A stretch of DNA of 64,000 nucleotides from an uncultured Oscillospiraceae bacterium (GTDB lineage Bacteria > Bacillota > Clostridia > Acetivibrionales > DTU013): contig CAZPMC010000002.1 of the NCBI GenBank assembly GCA_964587755.1, positions 58,514-122,513 of the forward strand, read 5' to 3'. Under the pieces are notes generated by a model. That model saw nothing but the letters and a program-made list of their open reading frames with translations. It searched no databases and was not told the origin of the DNA. Below, one piece after another: positions 9,894 through 18,679 of the stretch. The translations under genes and the position numbers were made by a program. The number at the start of each line of letters is the position of its first letter. Position 1 is the first letter of the stretch.

Positions 9894-10958
9894 TTAGCTG
9901 CCTCCACTGTTGATAAACTCATTAATCTGTTTATCCATACAGACTCTTACATCTTCACCTCTCATCCAGCACTTAGACCACTCAACGGTTTTCTCAACCG
10001 CTGTTCTCAGGTTCCAATGGGGCTTCCAATTGAATCTCCCTTTTAGCTTGGAGCAGTCCAGCTTTAAAAATTTAGCTTCGTGAGGGCCGTCAACAATCTG
10101 GCTAACCCACCTTATTCCTTCTCCCCATTTTTCTGTGAATAAATCCACAAGGTCACCTGTCTTATAGCAGTCCCATTCATCAGGACCTATATTGTAGCTT
10201 CCTGCATAGCCTGGATCCATATATTGCTTTGCTGCGATCATAAGATATGCATAAAGCGGGTCAAGCACATGCTGATAGGGACGTACAGAGTATGGATTCC
10301 TGACAGGAATATCTCTTTTTTCAATAGCTGCCCTAACACAATCAGGGATAATCCGGTCCTTAGCAAAATCACCGCCGCCAATAACATTACCGGCTCTTGC
10401 AGTTGAAACAGCCACATGGTTATCAGCTAAAAAAGAGCTCTTATAACAATGAGTAACAAGCTCTGAGCAAGACTTGCTGTTTGAATACGGATCGGCACCG
10501 GATATGATATCAGTTTCCCTATAGCCCCATTCCCATTCTTTATTTTCATATACCTTATCGGTTGTAACATTCAGAAATGACTTAACAGTGTTTGATAGGC
10601 GTATACACTCAAGAATATTCACTGTTCCTAAGACATTAGTTTCATATGTAAATCGTGGGTTTTTATAGCCTTCACGAACGATTGGCTGTGCTGCAAGGTG
10701 AAAAACTATTTCAGGTCTGGCTTTGTTAAAGGCATTCTCAAGGGAATTAAAATCTCTAATATCTCCTATAACTGATACAACATCCTCTTTTATGCTTGCA
10801 ATCTCAAACAATGACGGATTTGTAGGTGGTTCAAGTGAATACCCTGTAACGTGCGCACCTAAATTGACAAGCATTTTGCAAAGCCATGATCCCTTGAAGC
10901 CGGTATGCCCTGTCACAAAGATTCTTTTGTTCTTATAAAATCTTAAGCAATCCGTCAC
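9894..10958 (-). CDS. rfbG: CDP-glucose 4,6-dehydratase
   Basis: 354 aa. FYKNKRIFVTGHTGFKGSWL signature and YSNSK catalytic motif. Syntenic with rfbF and rfbH. Confidence 0.88.
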   Translation of the reverse strand: MTDCLRFYKNKRIFVTGHTGFKGSWLCKMLVNLGAHVTGYSLEPPTNPSLFEIASIKEDVVSVIGDIRDFNSLENAFNKARPEIVFHLAAQPIVREGYKNPRFTYETNVLGTVNILECIRLSNTVKSFLNVTTDKVYENKEWEWGYRETDIISGADPYSNSKSCSELVTHCYKSSFLADNHVAVSTARAGNVIGGGDFAKDRIIPDCVRAAIEKRDIPVRNPYSVRPYQHVLDPLYAYLMIAAKQYMDPGYAGSYNIGPDEWDCYKTGDLVDLFTEKWGEGIRWVSQIVDGPHEAKFLKLDCSKLKGRFNWKPHWNLRTAVEKTVEWSKCWMRGEDVRVCMDKQINEFINSGGS

Positions 10959-10977
10959 AATAAACTCTACCCCCTGT

Positions 10978-13900
10978 TTAGTCTAGATTATACAAATTGT
11001 CGAAAAATCTAGCTACATCGTAAATATTATCAATTCCAAACTTAGACATATCTATCCTAAGGGCATTTGCCTCAGATAAGAATCCTTTCTGGTAATAGAG
11101 CTTATTTGGCCTTTTTTCAAGGAAATTCCTGTTATAACAATAGCTATCATCAAACCACTGTTCAAGCTCTCTATCGTTGTGTGCCTTAATTACCTCACGA
11201 ATGTTATTCAATTTTTCACTAAAGCCGGCCTCATCATTTTTTATGAACTCAGCCCACACAGCAAAGAACTTTTTCCACTTCACCATGCTTAGGTCCCAAT
11301 TATTAATGCCCTTTTCAATAATTCTCAGAAACTCGATAACCAATAGCTTACTATCATGGTTTACTTTATGAGGAATGTACTTATTAGTGTATTGTTCATT
11401 GAATTTATCACGCAATTTAAATGCATCCTGCAATACCTGCTTGTTTGCCCCGGTTTGTGATGCAAATCCGACACTGTTTTGAGACATCCCAGCAATTACA
11501 ATCGGATGCATAATATAGAGAATCTTATCAAACAGTGCAAGATTCATCAGACCTGTATAAACATCCTGTGTCAAGCCACCAAGGAATACTCCGGTTTTAT
11601 CTATAAAATCCTTAATTACACTTCTATGTATCGCAGAGTTTATATAGGCCATAGGCAACATGTACAATGATACATCTAAATTAAGTATTTGTCTGAGCAG
11701 CATATCACTATCCAAGTACGATAAATTGACATTTTTGTCTTTTCGATACATCCTGCTTACAAAAAATAGGTTTTCCTGGGATTTGTCAGATACTCCCGGC
11801 CAACAGTAAAAAAGCTTATCCCAAAGAATAACCTTTTCATTATTGTATCTGTCAAGTATTCTGCTAAGGAAATCCAAAGAATGAAACAGCAGAGCATCAT
11901 CAGAGCCCAAACCAAAGATATATTCTCCTTGAGTATTCAAATATGCGAATTCAAAGCTCTTTACCAATGAGAGCTCCGTATCAGGCCTTATATACCTTAT
12001 TTTTCCATTGTCCAGTTCTTTTACCAGCCTTAAGGTTTCATCATTACCCGGTGTGCTGTTATCGCTTACAACAATCTCATAATCATCAAAGCTTTGGTTG
12101 ATACATGTCATCAATGTATGCCGCAGGTATTTTGCACTGTTTCTTGTAGGTATAACAACACTGAAAAGCTTGCTGCTTTTGCTTATTGACTCTATGAGAT
12201 TAACATTGTAAAGCTTTTTGCAATAATCAGAATATCTGTTTATATTCTCCTTATAATCCCCCTCATCGCTATGAATGGATTTAAAAGATTGATTCTTCTG
12301 TTCCGCCGGCTCTTTATAGAAAATGCTTCTTAGCTCCCTTAATTCAGGCGCAAGCTCATCAAGACTCTTTTTTATCTCTAAACCGTTTTCACCTAATACC
12401 CGTATAAAATAAGCTTCGTTTATTTCACCCGTCAGATATGAAATTAATTCAGCCTCAAAGCTTTCACCAAATCCATATAGCTGTTGGATTAAGGCCGCTC
12501 TATCCCTCATCCATTTCGGTACTTCTTCTTTGTCAGCTATACCAAGCTTCAAACAATAATAGCATGCTATTGCCTGTGAAATAAGTCCAAGTGCAAATTT
12601 AGCATTAGAAAAAGTTCTACTAAGCGTTTGATCTGATATTCTTCTTACATGAACAAGTGATTCGGTTGTTCCAATTTTCATTTTTCTATTAGCTGCAAGC
12701 ATCCGTGACAGCATCACAAAATCTTCTGAAACAATAAACCCTCTTGATTCTCTTGACAGAGCATGCTCTTTCAGTTTTTCAGTAGCTCCAGTCGCACCTC
12801 CTGCAAGCATTGCTTTCATTTCACTTTCAGATGCCAGCCTTCTAAGTACATCCTCAGCCAGACAATCGTCATAGCATTTTCTGTCATAACCAAGTGATAA
12901 AGTATCATCTGATAGATTGATAAGATATCGCGGAATAATCAGTAGATGCTCATTTTTTAGCTGCTCTATGTCAATTTTTGATTGACTTTGATCTAGACAA
13001 AATAACATATCATCATCATCTAAAAATGTGGTAAATTGGGTTTCAATATTCTGCAATCCTACAAACCGTGTTTGAGCAACACCGTCATTTACAGGTTTCC
13101 TAATAACCTTAGCACGATAAACATTTTCATTATCTTCTATTTTTTCAAGCCACTGTATCTCCTGTGTTGAGCAATCATCCACAATCAGCTTTGGCTGCTT
13201 TCCAAGCTTCAGTCCTTTGTCCAGGTCATATTTCATCATTTTTGCCCGGTTGTAGGAGGGTATCAATACAGTAAGGTCCTCATGCATAAGCTCTTGCGGC
13301 AATTCTTTTTCCAAAATTATATCCTTTATTCTGCCGACAAGCTCCTTAAACGACAATAATTCTTTAAATAAATCATTTATCAGCACTAACTGCTTCTTTA
13401 AAGAATAATTATTTTCAATAAATGCCCTATATCGTTCAGATTCATATTGTCCCTTAGTAATAGCCTCAACCGCCTCATCCACCGTGTTGAATAAATACTC
13501 CTCGCTCCAGATATCATTTGCATACAGGAAATCATGAATTACTGGCTTTATTCCTCTTGCCATGGCTTCTGCAATGCCATATCCAAAGCTTTCATGAATA
13601 CTTGCCGACACAAGATAGTTTTTATCTGTAAGCCATGTGCTGATGTCCTTTTGCCATCCATCAAAAATTACGTTTTTTTCCAGGCCCATTCTTTTGACCT
13701 GGTATTCCCAGTAAAGCTTGATAACCTGTTCCTGGAAGTAGCCTGCCACATACAATTTATACCTTTTATCTATACGGACTAGCTTTTCAATGATTTGCAA
13801 TAATAGTGCCGGGTTTTTACGAGAATGGATATATCCGACCATTGCCAGATTAAACCCGTGAGAGCGGTTTTTAAATGGGTAGCGGTTTACATCGACCCCA

Positions 13901-14685
13901 TTTTCGATGACAACTGTCTTCACCTTATCTGTAATGCCGGGAAAGTTAATCTTAAGAATCTCTCTGAGATGCTCTGTAACTAGTATCAGCGTGTCGACAT
14001 TTTCCCAGGTAACCCTACCAGGATATTCAGTAAATGCTTCATATCTATGGAGTCTGCAAATAACCTTCTTCTGATATGCTATAGGCCGGCTGCTTCCGTA
14101 TTCAATAAGCTCATCACACCACTCAAACCAGCAGATATCAGCCCACTCCATACCTGCATCAATTTGCTCGAAGTCGCTGACTGTAATTTTTCTTACCCAA
14201 TAATCATCAGAGATTCCTATGATGATATCTTCAAAAAAGTTATTCATCCCAGCCTTGACAAAGAAAACAATCTTGGCTCTTTCCTTTATCTCAATACCTT
14301 CATTAGACGCCTTTATTCGTTCAATAGCCTCACTGATACTTTGTTTTTGAATATCCTCATATGCAACCGTTTCGGCTTTAAGGTATAAATCCACAGCATC
14401 CTGAGCTTTTCCCTCAAGCTCTCGGATATAAGCAAGATTAAATAGCAAATCGAATTGGACAGTGTCTTCTGAAAGCCCCTTAACCAAAACATCCTCAGCC
14501 TTATCAAGAGCTCCTTCAATTATATGAATTACTGCTCTCATGCTGCAAATTTCAATATCTCCCGGTATGATTTTATCGTAATCGTCCAGGGCCTCCATTG
14601 CTTCTTTCAGATGCCCTTGTTCAATCCACTTCTCAATTTTCCCTTTTACCGATTTCATTTTTCTCTGTATTTCAGCATCATTCAT
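10978..14685 (-). CDS. multidomain glycosyltransferase: TPR-like N-terminus, GT4 (Glycos_transf_1) domain and two GT2 domains
   Basis: ORF 10978..14733. The ATG at 14685 is preferred (AGAGGA 8 nt upstream; ATGAATGA overlap with the upstream stop), giving 1235 aa. GT4 motif is HESFGYGIAEAMARG. The first GT2 is VLIPSYNRAKMM...LIVDDCST...FLDDDDML. The second GT2 is VVIPTRNSAKYL...IVVSDNSTPGNDET...GLGSDDAL. Confidence 0.8.
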   Translation of the reverse strand: MNDAEIQRKMKSVKGKIEKWIEQGHLKEAMEALDDYDKIIPGDIEICSMRAVIHIIEGALDKAEDVLVKGLSEDTVQFDLLFNLAYIRELEGKAQDAVDLYLKAETVAYEDIQKQSISEAIERIKASNEGIEIKERAKIVFFVKAGMNNFFEDIIIGISDDYWVRKITVSDFEQIDAGMEWADICWFEWCDELIEYGSSRPIAYQKKVICRLHRYEAFTEYPGRVTWENVDTLILVTEHLREILKINFPGITDKVKTVVIENGVDVNRYPFKNRSHGFNLAMVGYIHSRKNPALLLQIIEKLVRIDKRYKLYVAGYFQEQVIKLYWEYQVKRMGLEKNVIFDGWQKDISTWLTDKNYLVSASIHESFGYGIAEAMARGIKPVIHDFLYANDIWSEEYLFNTVDEAVEAITKGQYESERYRAFIENNYSLKKQLVLINDLFKELLSFKELVGRIKDIILEKELPQELMHEDLTVLIPSYNRAKMMKYDLDKGLKLGKQPKLIVDDCSTQEIQWLEKIEDNENVYRAKVIRKPVNDGVAQTRFVGLQNIETQFTTFLDDDDMLFCLDQSQSKIDIEQLKNEHLLIIPRYLINLSDDTLSLGYDRKCYDDCLAEDVLRRLASESEMKAMLAGGATGATEKLKEHALSRESRGFIVSEDFVMLSRMLAANRKMKIGTTESLVHVRRISDQTLSRTFSNAKFALGLISQAIACYYCLKLGIADKEEVPKWMRDRAALIQQLYGFGESFEAELISYLTGEINEAYFIRVLGENGLEIKKSLDELAPELRELRSIFYKEPAEQKNQSFKSIHSDEGDYKENINRYSDYCKKLYNVNLIESISKSSKLFSVVIPTRNSAKYLRHTLMTCINQSFDDYEIVVSDNSTPGNDETLRLVKELDNGKIRYIRPDTELSLVKSFEFAYLNTQGEYIFGLGSDDALLFHSLDFLSRILDRYNNEKVILWDKLFYCWPGVSDKSQENLFFVSRMYRKDKNVNLSYLDSDMLLRQILNLDVSLYMLPMAYINSAIHRSVIKDFIDKTGVFLGGLTQDVYTGLMNLALFDKILYIMHPIVIAGMSQNSVGFASQTGANKQVLQDAFKLRDKFNEQYTNKYIPHKVNHDSKLLVIEFLRIIEKGINNWDLSMVKWKKFFAVWAEFIKNDEAGFSEKLNNIREVIKAHNDRELEQWFDDSYCYNRNFLEKRPNKLYYQKGFLSEANALRIDMSKFGIDNIYDVARFFDNLYNLD

Positions 14686-16642
14686 AAACTTCATCCTCTT
14701 TATCAGGTGTATTTTTGTTTGGAAATACCTCATCCATATATTTATTCATATAAGCCGCCATATAGGGATTTGCCCTGGCTGCCTCTTTAAAATAGCGGAT
14801 TGCGGCTCTATATTCACCTTTGTCAATTGACTGCATTACATAGTTAAGGGCAATAAAGAATCTGTCTTCCTGATCCTCAAGGACACTATAGTATAATCTA
14901 AGCTTCTGTGTATCATATAAGAGCGCTGTATATTTTATCCCATAGTCCATATATCGTTTAAACAATGAATAATCCTTTTCAGATGGTTCACTTTCCAAGT
15001 TTTTTAAAATTACAGCTTTATTTAATAATAATATATATAAAATACTAATACCTGTTTTTAAGCTTTGAAAGTCATCGCGGATATTTCCGTCTGAAATGTA
15101 ATTCTCAAAGAAGCTCGTAAGCTCAGGCCTCTTATCAATAAGTATCTTAATATATTGCTTTAGTTTTGACTTTTTCAGCTTTTTAAAGATGGAAACAGTT
15201 TGCCTGGTATTCTTGTCAATATCTATAAACAGTTCGGCATAAAAATCCGGTAATTCATTGAAATCTGCCCCCCTGACTGCCGTATCCGCAAGCAGGCTAT
15301 TGCCGGTTACAGCTCCTATCCTGCTTTTATTAAGTAACGGATATAGACCTTCTTCCTGGCTAAAGAGCATAGAAAGCTCGTCATTATCTTCATGTGTATA
15401 CATTACTCTTTCTGCTTCTATTGTCGTGATAATATGCTCATTTACCTGCTTGTCCCCTGAATACTCAAGATATAACTGTTTTAATTCATCAAATTTCTTT
15501 AATTTAAGCAAAACCTTTACCAGCAGTTCAATTTTTATTTGTACGGATGTAATACGCTTCAGATACTTGTATGCTTCCTCATAATCGCCCTTGCTATATG
15601 CTTCCTTTACAATGAAAATAGCCGCATTATCCATTTCCGCAGGACACACATAGGTCATCTCTATTCCTGTATTAGAGGCAATTGATAACTCAGAAAACCT
15701 TTCAGCCATATTAATATATTTAATATAAATCTGGTATGCCTCTTCTCTTTTATCCAGTTGTATATAGGCATAAGCTAAAATATAATAAAGATCTACATAC
15801 TCAGGTACAATCTCTATACCTTCCAGACAAACATGAACCGCTTCATTAAACTCATTATTTGCACAGCACCTTGAGGCATACTCACCATATACATAACAGT
15901 GCCTCACCATTTTTTCCTTATCGTTACATATCAGCTTATATGCTTTTCGAATCTCATCCAGAGCTTTTCTTTTTTCGCGATAGGCATTATAGCTTCTTGC
16001 AAGCTGGAATCTATAGTAAACATTTTCCGGGTCCTTTTCCAGTTCGCTCATAAGAATTGAACCTGTACGCAAAAATTTCTTTTCTCTTACCTCTTCATCA
16101 ATAAATAGGTATCCATAATGCTCTAATAATAAATCCGTTGATAGTATAGGCTCTTTAAAAATTGGTTGATTATGCACTGCACCCTCATAGTGAAAGTCTC
16201 CGTCATTTCTAAATACCCTTTGCTGTGGCAATATTACCGGAGCACCTGTAGGTACAAGATTTTTTATTTTCAAAATATATGTATTAAAAGAATTGAGTTT
16301 TTTATCTGTGAGAATTGAATACAGATTCATAGGTCCTGTCAAAACTTCATCTGCGTCCAATATAAAAATAAATTCTCCCTTTGCATAGGATATTGTAATA
16401 TTTCTCATCTGAGAAAAATTCTTGTTCCATTGATGATGAAAAATCTTATGTGTATATTCCTTTGCAATATTAACCGTATTATCCTGCGAACCTGTATCTA
16501 CAATAATCAATTCAACATCTGGTTTGTCCAATAATGGTCTTAAAGCATCAAGACAGCGGCGAATATTTTTTTCTTCATCCTTAACCATCATACAAATGCT
16601 AAGCAGATATTCTCGGTCCATGTTTACTCCTCGTATACTCAT
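14678..16642 (-). CDS. GT2 glycosyltransferase with C-terminal TPR repeats (flagellin glycosyltransferase architecture, GmaR-like)
   Basis: 654 aa. The N-terminal GT2 is LSICMMVKDEEKNI...LIIVDTGSQDNT...FILDADEVL. The C-terminal ~400 aa is helical, repeat-rich and TPR-like. Sits directly downstream of the flagellin genes. Confidence 0.78.
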   Translation of the reverse strand: MSIRGVNMDREYLLSICMMVKDEEKNIRRCLDALRPLLDKPDVELIIVDTGSQDNTVNIAKEYTHKIFHHQWNKNFSQMRNITISYAKGEFIFILDADEVLTGPMNLYSILTDKKLNSFNTYILKIKNLVPTGAPVILPQQRVFRNDGDFHYEGAVHNQPIFKEPILSTDLLLEHYGYLFIDEEVREKKFLRTGSILMSELEKDPENVYYRFQLARSYNAYREKRKALDEIRKAYKLICNDKEKMVRHCYVYGEYASRCCANNEFNEAVHVCLEGIEIVPEYVDLYYILAYAYIQLDKREEAYQIYIKYINMAERFSELSIASNTGIEMTYVCPAEMDNAAIFIVKEAYSKGDYEEAYKYLKRITSVQIKIELLVKVLLKLKKFDELKQLYLEYSGDKQVNEHIITTIEAERVMYTHEDNDELSMLFSQEEGLYPLLNKSRIGAVTGNSLLADTAVRGADFNELPDFYAELFIDIDKNTRQTVSIFKKLKKSKLKQYIKILIDKRPELTSFFENYISDGNIRDDFQSLKTGISILYILLLNKAVILKNLESEPSEKDYSLFKRYMDYGIKYTALLYDTQKLRLYYSVLEDQEDRFFIALNYVMQSIDKGEYRAAIRYFKEAARANPYMAAYMNKYMDEVFPNKNTPDKEDEVYE

Positions 16643-16971
16643 TTAGTCAGGCAATCCTGCCAGTACGTAAGCAAATCCTTAATCTCAAACTCCATAATAT
16701 CTGAAAAAAGTGCTGTATCGGAGCTTCTTAACGCTTCAGTAAGCATCTCCAGCTTCTCTGTAAATTCCATCAAATCAATACCTGTGAAATATCCACCTAT
16801 GGCAGCAATGCCCTCAGCCAGCGCTTGCATGTCCTCTAGCAGATTTCCTAATCTTTCTTGATCCACTGAGCCTTCATTTCTGCAACTAATAATAATATCG
16901 TCTATTCTCTTGTTAATGTTAACGATAAGCTCAATAACCATCTGCTTTATTGCAATAATCTCGTTATTCAT
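16639..16971 (-). CDS. hypothetical small acidic helical protein
   Basis: 110-aa ORF with an AAGGAGG RBS 6 nt upstream. 4-nt ATGA overlap with the GT2-TPR gene. First gene after the flagellin terminator. No recognisable motif. Confidence 0.55.
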   Translation of the reverse strand: MNNEIIAIKQMVIELIVNINKRIDDIIISCRNEGSVDQERLGNLLEDMQALAEGIAAIGGYFTGIDLMEFTEKLEMLTEALRSSDTALFSDIMEFEIKDLLTYWQDCLTK

Positions 16972-17002
16972 CCTCTACCTCCTTAGTTTTTCTTTATTAT
17001 AC

Positions 17003-17033
17003 TAAAAGAGGCTCTGGTTAACCAGAGCCTCCT
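17003..17033 (-). terminator. rho-independent terminator after flagellin copy 1
   Basis: Minus strand reads GAGGCTCTGG-TTAA-CCAGAGCCTC followed by TTTT (10-bp perfect stem), 18 nt after the stop at 17051. Confidence 0.8.
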
Positions 17034-17050
17034 TTGATAACAATGATTTA

Positions 17051-17755
17051 CTATCTGAGTAATGCCAATACGTTCTGAGGCGCTTGATTTGCCTGAGCAA
17101 GCATAGCAGTACCAGCTTGGATGAGAATGTTGTTCTTTGTAAAGTTGGACATTTCCTCTGCCATATCAGCATCTCTGATACGCGATTCTGCAGCCTGAAG
17201 GTTCTCTGCCATTGTCTTGGTGTTCCTTACGACTGACTCCAGCTTGTTCTGAGTAGCACCAAATGCGGATCTTTGTCCGTTTACTGTTGTAATAGCAGCA
17301 GCAATACTAGCTGCAGATGAAGATGCACCTACTGTAACAGCTGTGCCAAGAACCGTTGTTCCGTTGAATTTTGTGTTAGTGTATATGTTTGTAATTGCAG
17401 ATCCCAATGAGGTCATTTCAAGCTTAAGGTTGTTCTGATCCGCACTAGCGAGAGTTGTGTCATTCAACTGCTCTGCCAGCTCTGTCAGTCTGACCAGCAT
17501 ATTGCTGACTTCATCCAGCGCACCTTCTGCTGTTTGAATCATTGAAATCTGATTCTGTGAGTTTCTTACTGACTGATTGAGCTGTCTGATCTGAGCCCTC
17601 ATCTTCTCGGAAATTGATAAACCTGCTGCATCATCTGCTGCACGGTTTATTCTTTTTCCTGATGAAAGCTTCTCCATGGACTTAGCAGCCGCTGCATTTG
17701 TGTTATACAGCTGGTTGCGGGTGTTAATTGCAGTAATGTTGTTGTTTATAATCAT
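17051..17755 (-). CDS. fliC: flagellin (short, D0/D1-only type), copy 1
   Basis: 234 aa. N-terminus is MIINNNITAINTRNQL...GKRINRAADDAAGLSISEKMRAQIRQL. C-terminus is ESRIRDADMAEEMSNFTKNNILIQAGTAMLAQANQAPQNVLALLR. Confidence 0.95.
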   Translation of the reverse strand: MIINNNITAINTRNQLYNTNAAAAKSMEKLSSGKRINRAADDAAGLSISEKMRAQIRQLNQSVRNSQNQISMIQTAEGALDEVSNMLVRLTELAEQLNDTTLASADQNNLKLEMTSLGSAITNIYTNTKFNGTTVLGTAVTVGASSSAASIAAAITTVNGQRSAFGATQNKLESVVRNTKTMAENLQAAESRIRDADMAEEMSNFTKNNILIQAGTAMLAQANQAPQNVLALLR

Positions 17756-17760
17756 AGTTA

Positions 17761-17800
17761 AATCCTCCTTGAGTTTTTATAACCGGGAATCCTTTCCCGA
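17761..17800 (-). promoter_or_regulatory. flagellin copy 1 leader: GGA-loop hairpin plus SD (candidate CsrA binding sites)
   Basis: Minus strand reads CGGGAA-AGGA-TTCCCG (17784..17799), then AAGGAGG 8 nt before the ATG. Same architecture as the CsrA-controlled hag leader of B. subtilis. csrA and fliW are adjacent. Confidence 0.55.
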
Positions 17801-17863
17801 TCTCCTGCCGGTTAGACCGGCTTCCAGTTTTTATTTGTTAAATTCTTCAGAACTAATGCTTTA

Positions 17864-18571
17864 CTACCTGAGTAACGATAATACAGACTGAGGTGCTTGA
17901 TTTGCCTGAGCAAGCATTGCAGTACCGGCTTGAATGAGAATGCTGTTCTTCGTAAAGTTGGACATCTCCTCTGCCATGTCAGCATCTCTGATACGAGATT
18001 CTGCAGCCTGAAGGTTCTCTGCCATTGTCTTGGTGTTCCTGACAACTGACTCCAGCTTGTTCTGATCAGCACCAAATTGTGCTCTTTGACCGTTTACTGT
18101 AGTAATGGCGGTGGCAATATCTGTTGCGGATGAAGTACTGCCTACAGAAACCGTACCTGTAGCAAGAACGGCCGTGCCGTTGAACTTGGTGTTCTCGTAG
18201 ATGTCATCAATAGCGTCTCCCAACGAAGTCATTTCAAGCTTAAGGTTGTCCTTATCCTCACCAGCGAGAGTTGTGTCATTCAACTGCTCTGCCAGCTCTG
18301 TCAGTCTGACCAGCATATTGCTGACTTCATCCAGCGCACCTTCTGCTGTTTGAATCATTGAAATCTGATTCTGTGAGTTTCTTACTGACTGATTGAGCTG
18401 TCTGATCTGAGCCCTCATCTTCTCGGAAATTGATAAACCTGCTGCATCATCTGCTGCACGGTTTATTCTTTTTCCTGATGAAAGCTTCTCCATGGACTTA
18501 GCAGCCGCTGCATTTGTGTTATACAGCTGGTTGCGGGTGTTAATTGCAGTAATGTTGTTGTTTATAATCAT
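17864..18571 (-). CDS. fliC: flagellin, copy 2 (hybrid: 5' part identical to copy 1, 3' part identical to copy 3)
   Basis: 235 aa with flagellin N- and C-terminal signatures. Nucleotide identity to the neighbours is described under the repeat feature. Confidence 0.95.
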   Translation of the reverse strand: MIINNNITAINTRNQLYNTNAAAAKSMEKLSSGKRINRAADDAAGLSISEKMRAQIRQLNQSVRNSQNQISMIQTAEGALDEVSNMLVRLTELAEQLNDTTLAGEDKDNLKLEMTSLGDAIDDIYENTKFNGTAVLATGTVSVGSTSSATDIATAITTVNGQRAQFGADQNKLESVVRNTKTMAENLQAAESRIRDADMAEEMSNFTKNSILIQAGTAMLAQANQAPQSVLSLLR

Positions 18572-18576
18572 AGTTA

Positions 18577-18616
18577 AATCCTCCTTGAGTTTTTATAACC
18601 GGGAATCCTTTCCCGA
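18577..18616 (-). promoter_or_regulatory. flagellin copy 2 leader: GGA-loop hairpin plus SD (candidate CsrA binding sites)
   Basis: Identical in sequence to the copy 1 leader (it lies inside the 816-bp repeat). Confidence 0.55.
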
Positions 18617-18679
18617 TCTCCTGCCGGTTAGACCGGCTTCCAGTTTTTATTTGTTAAATTCTTCAGAACTAATGCTTTA

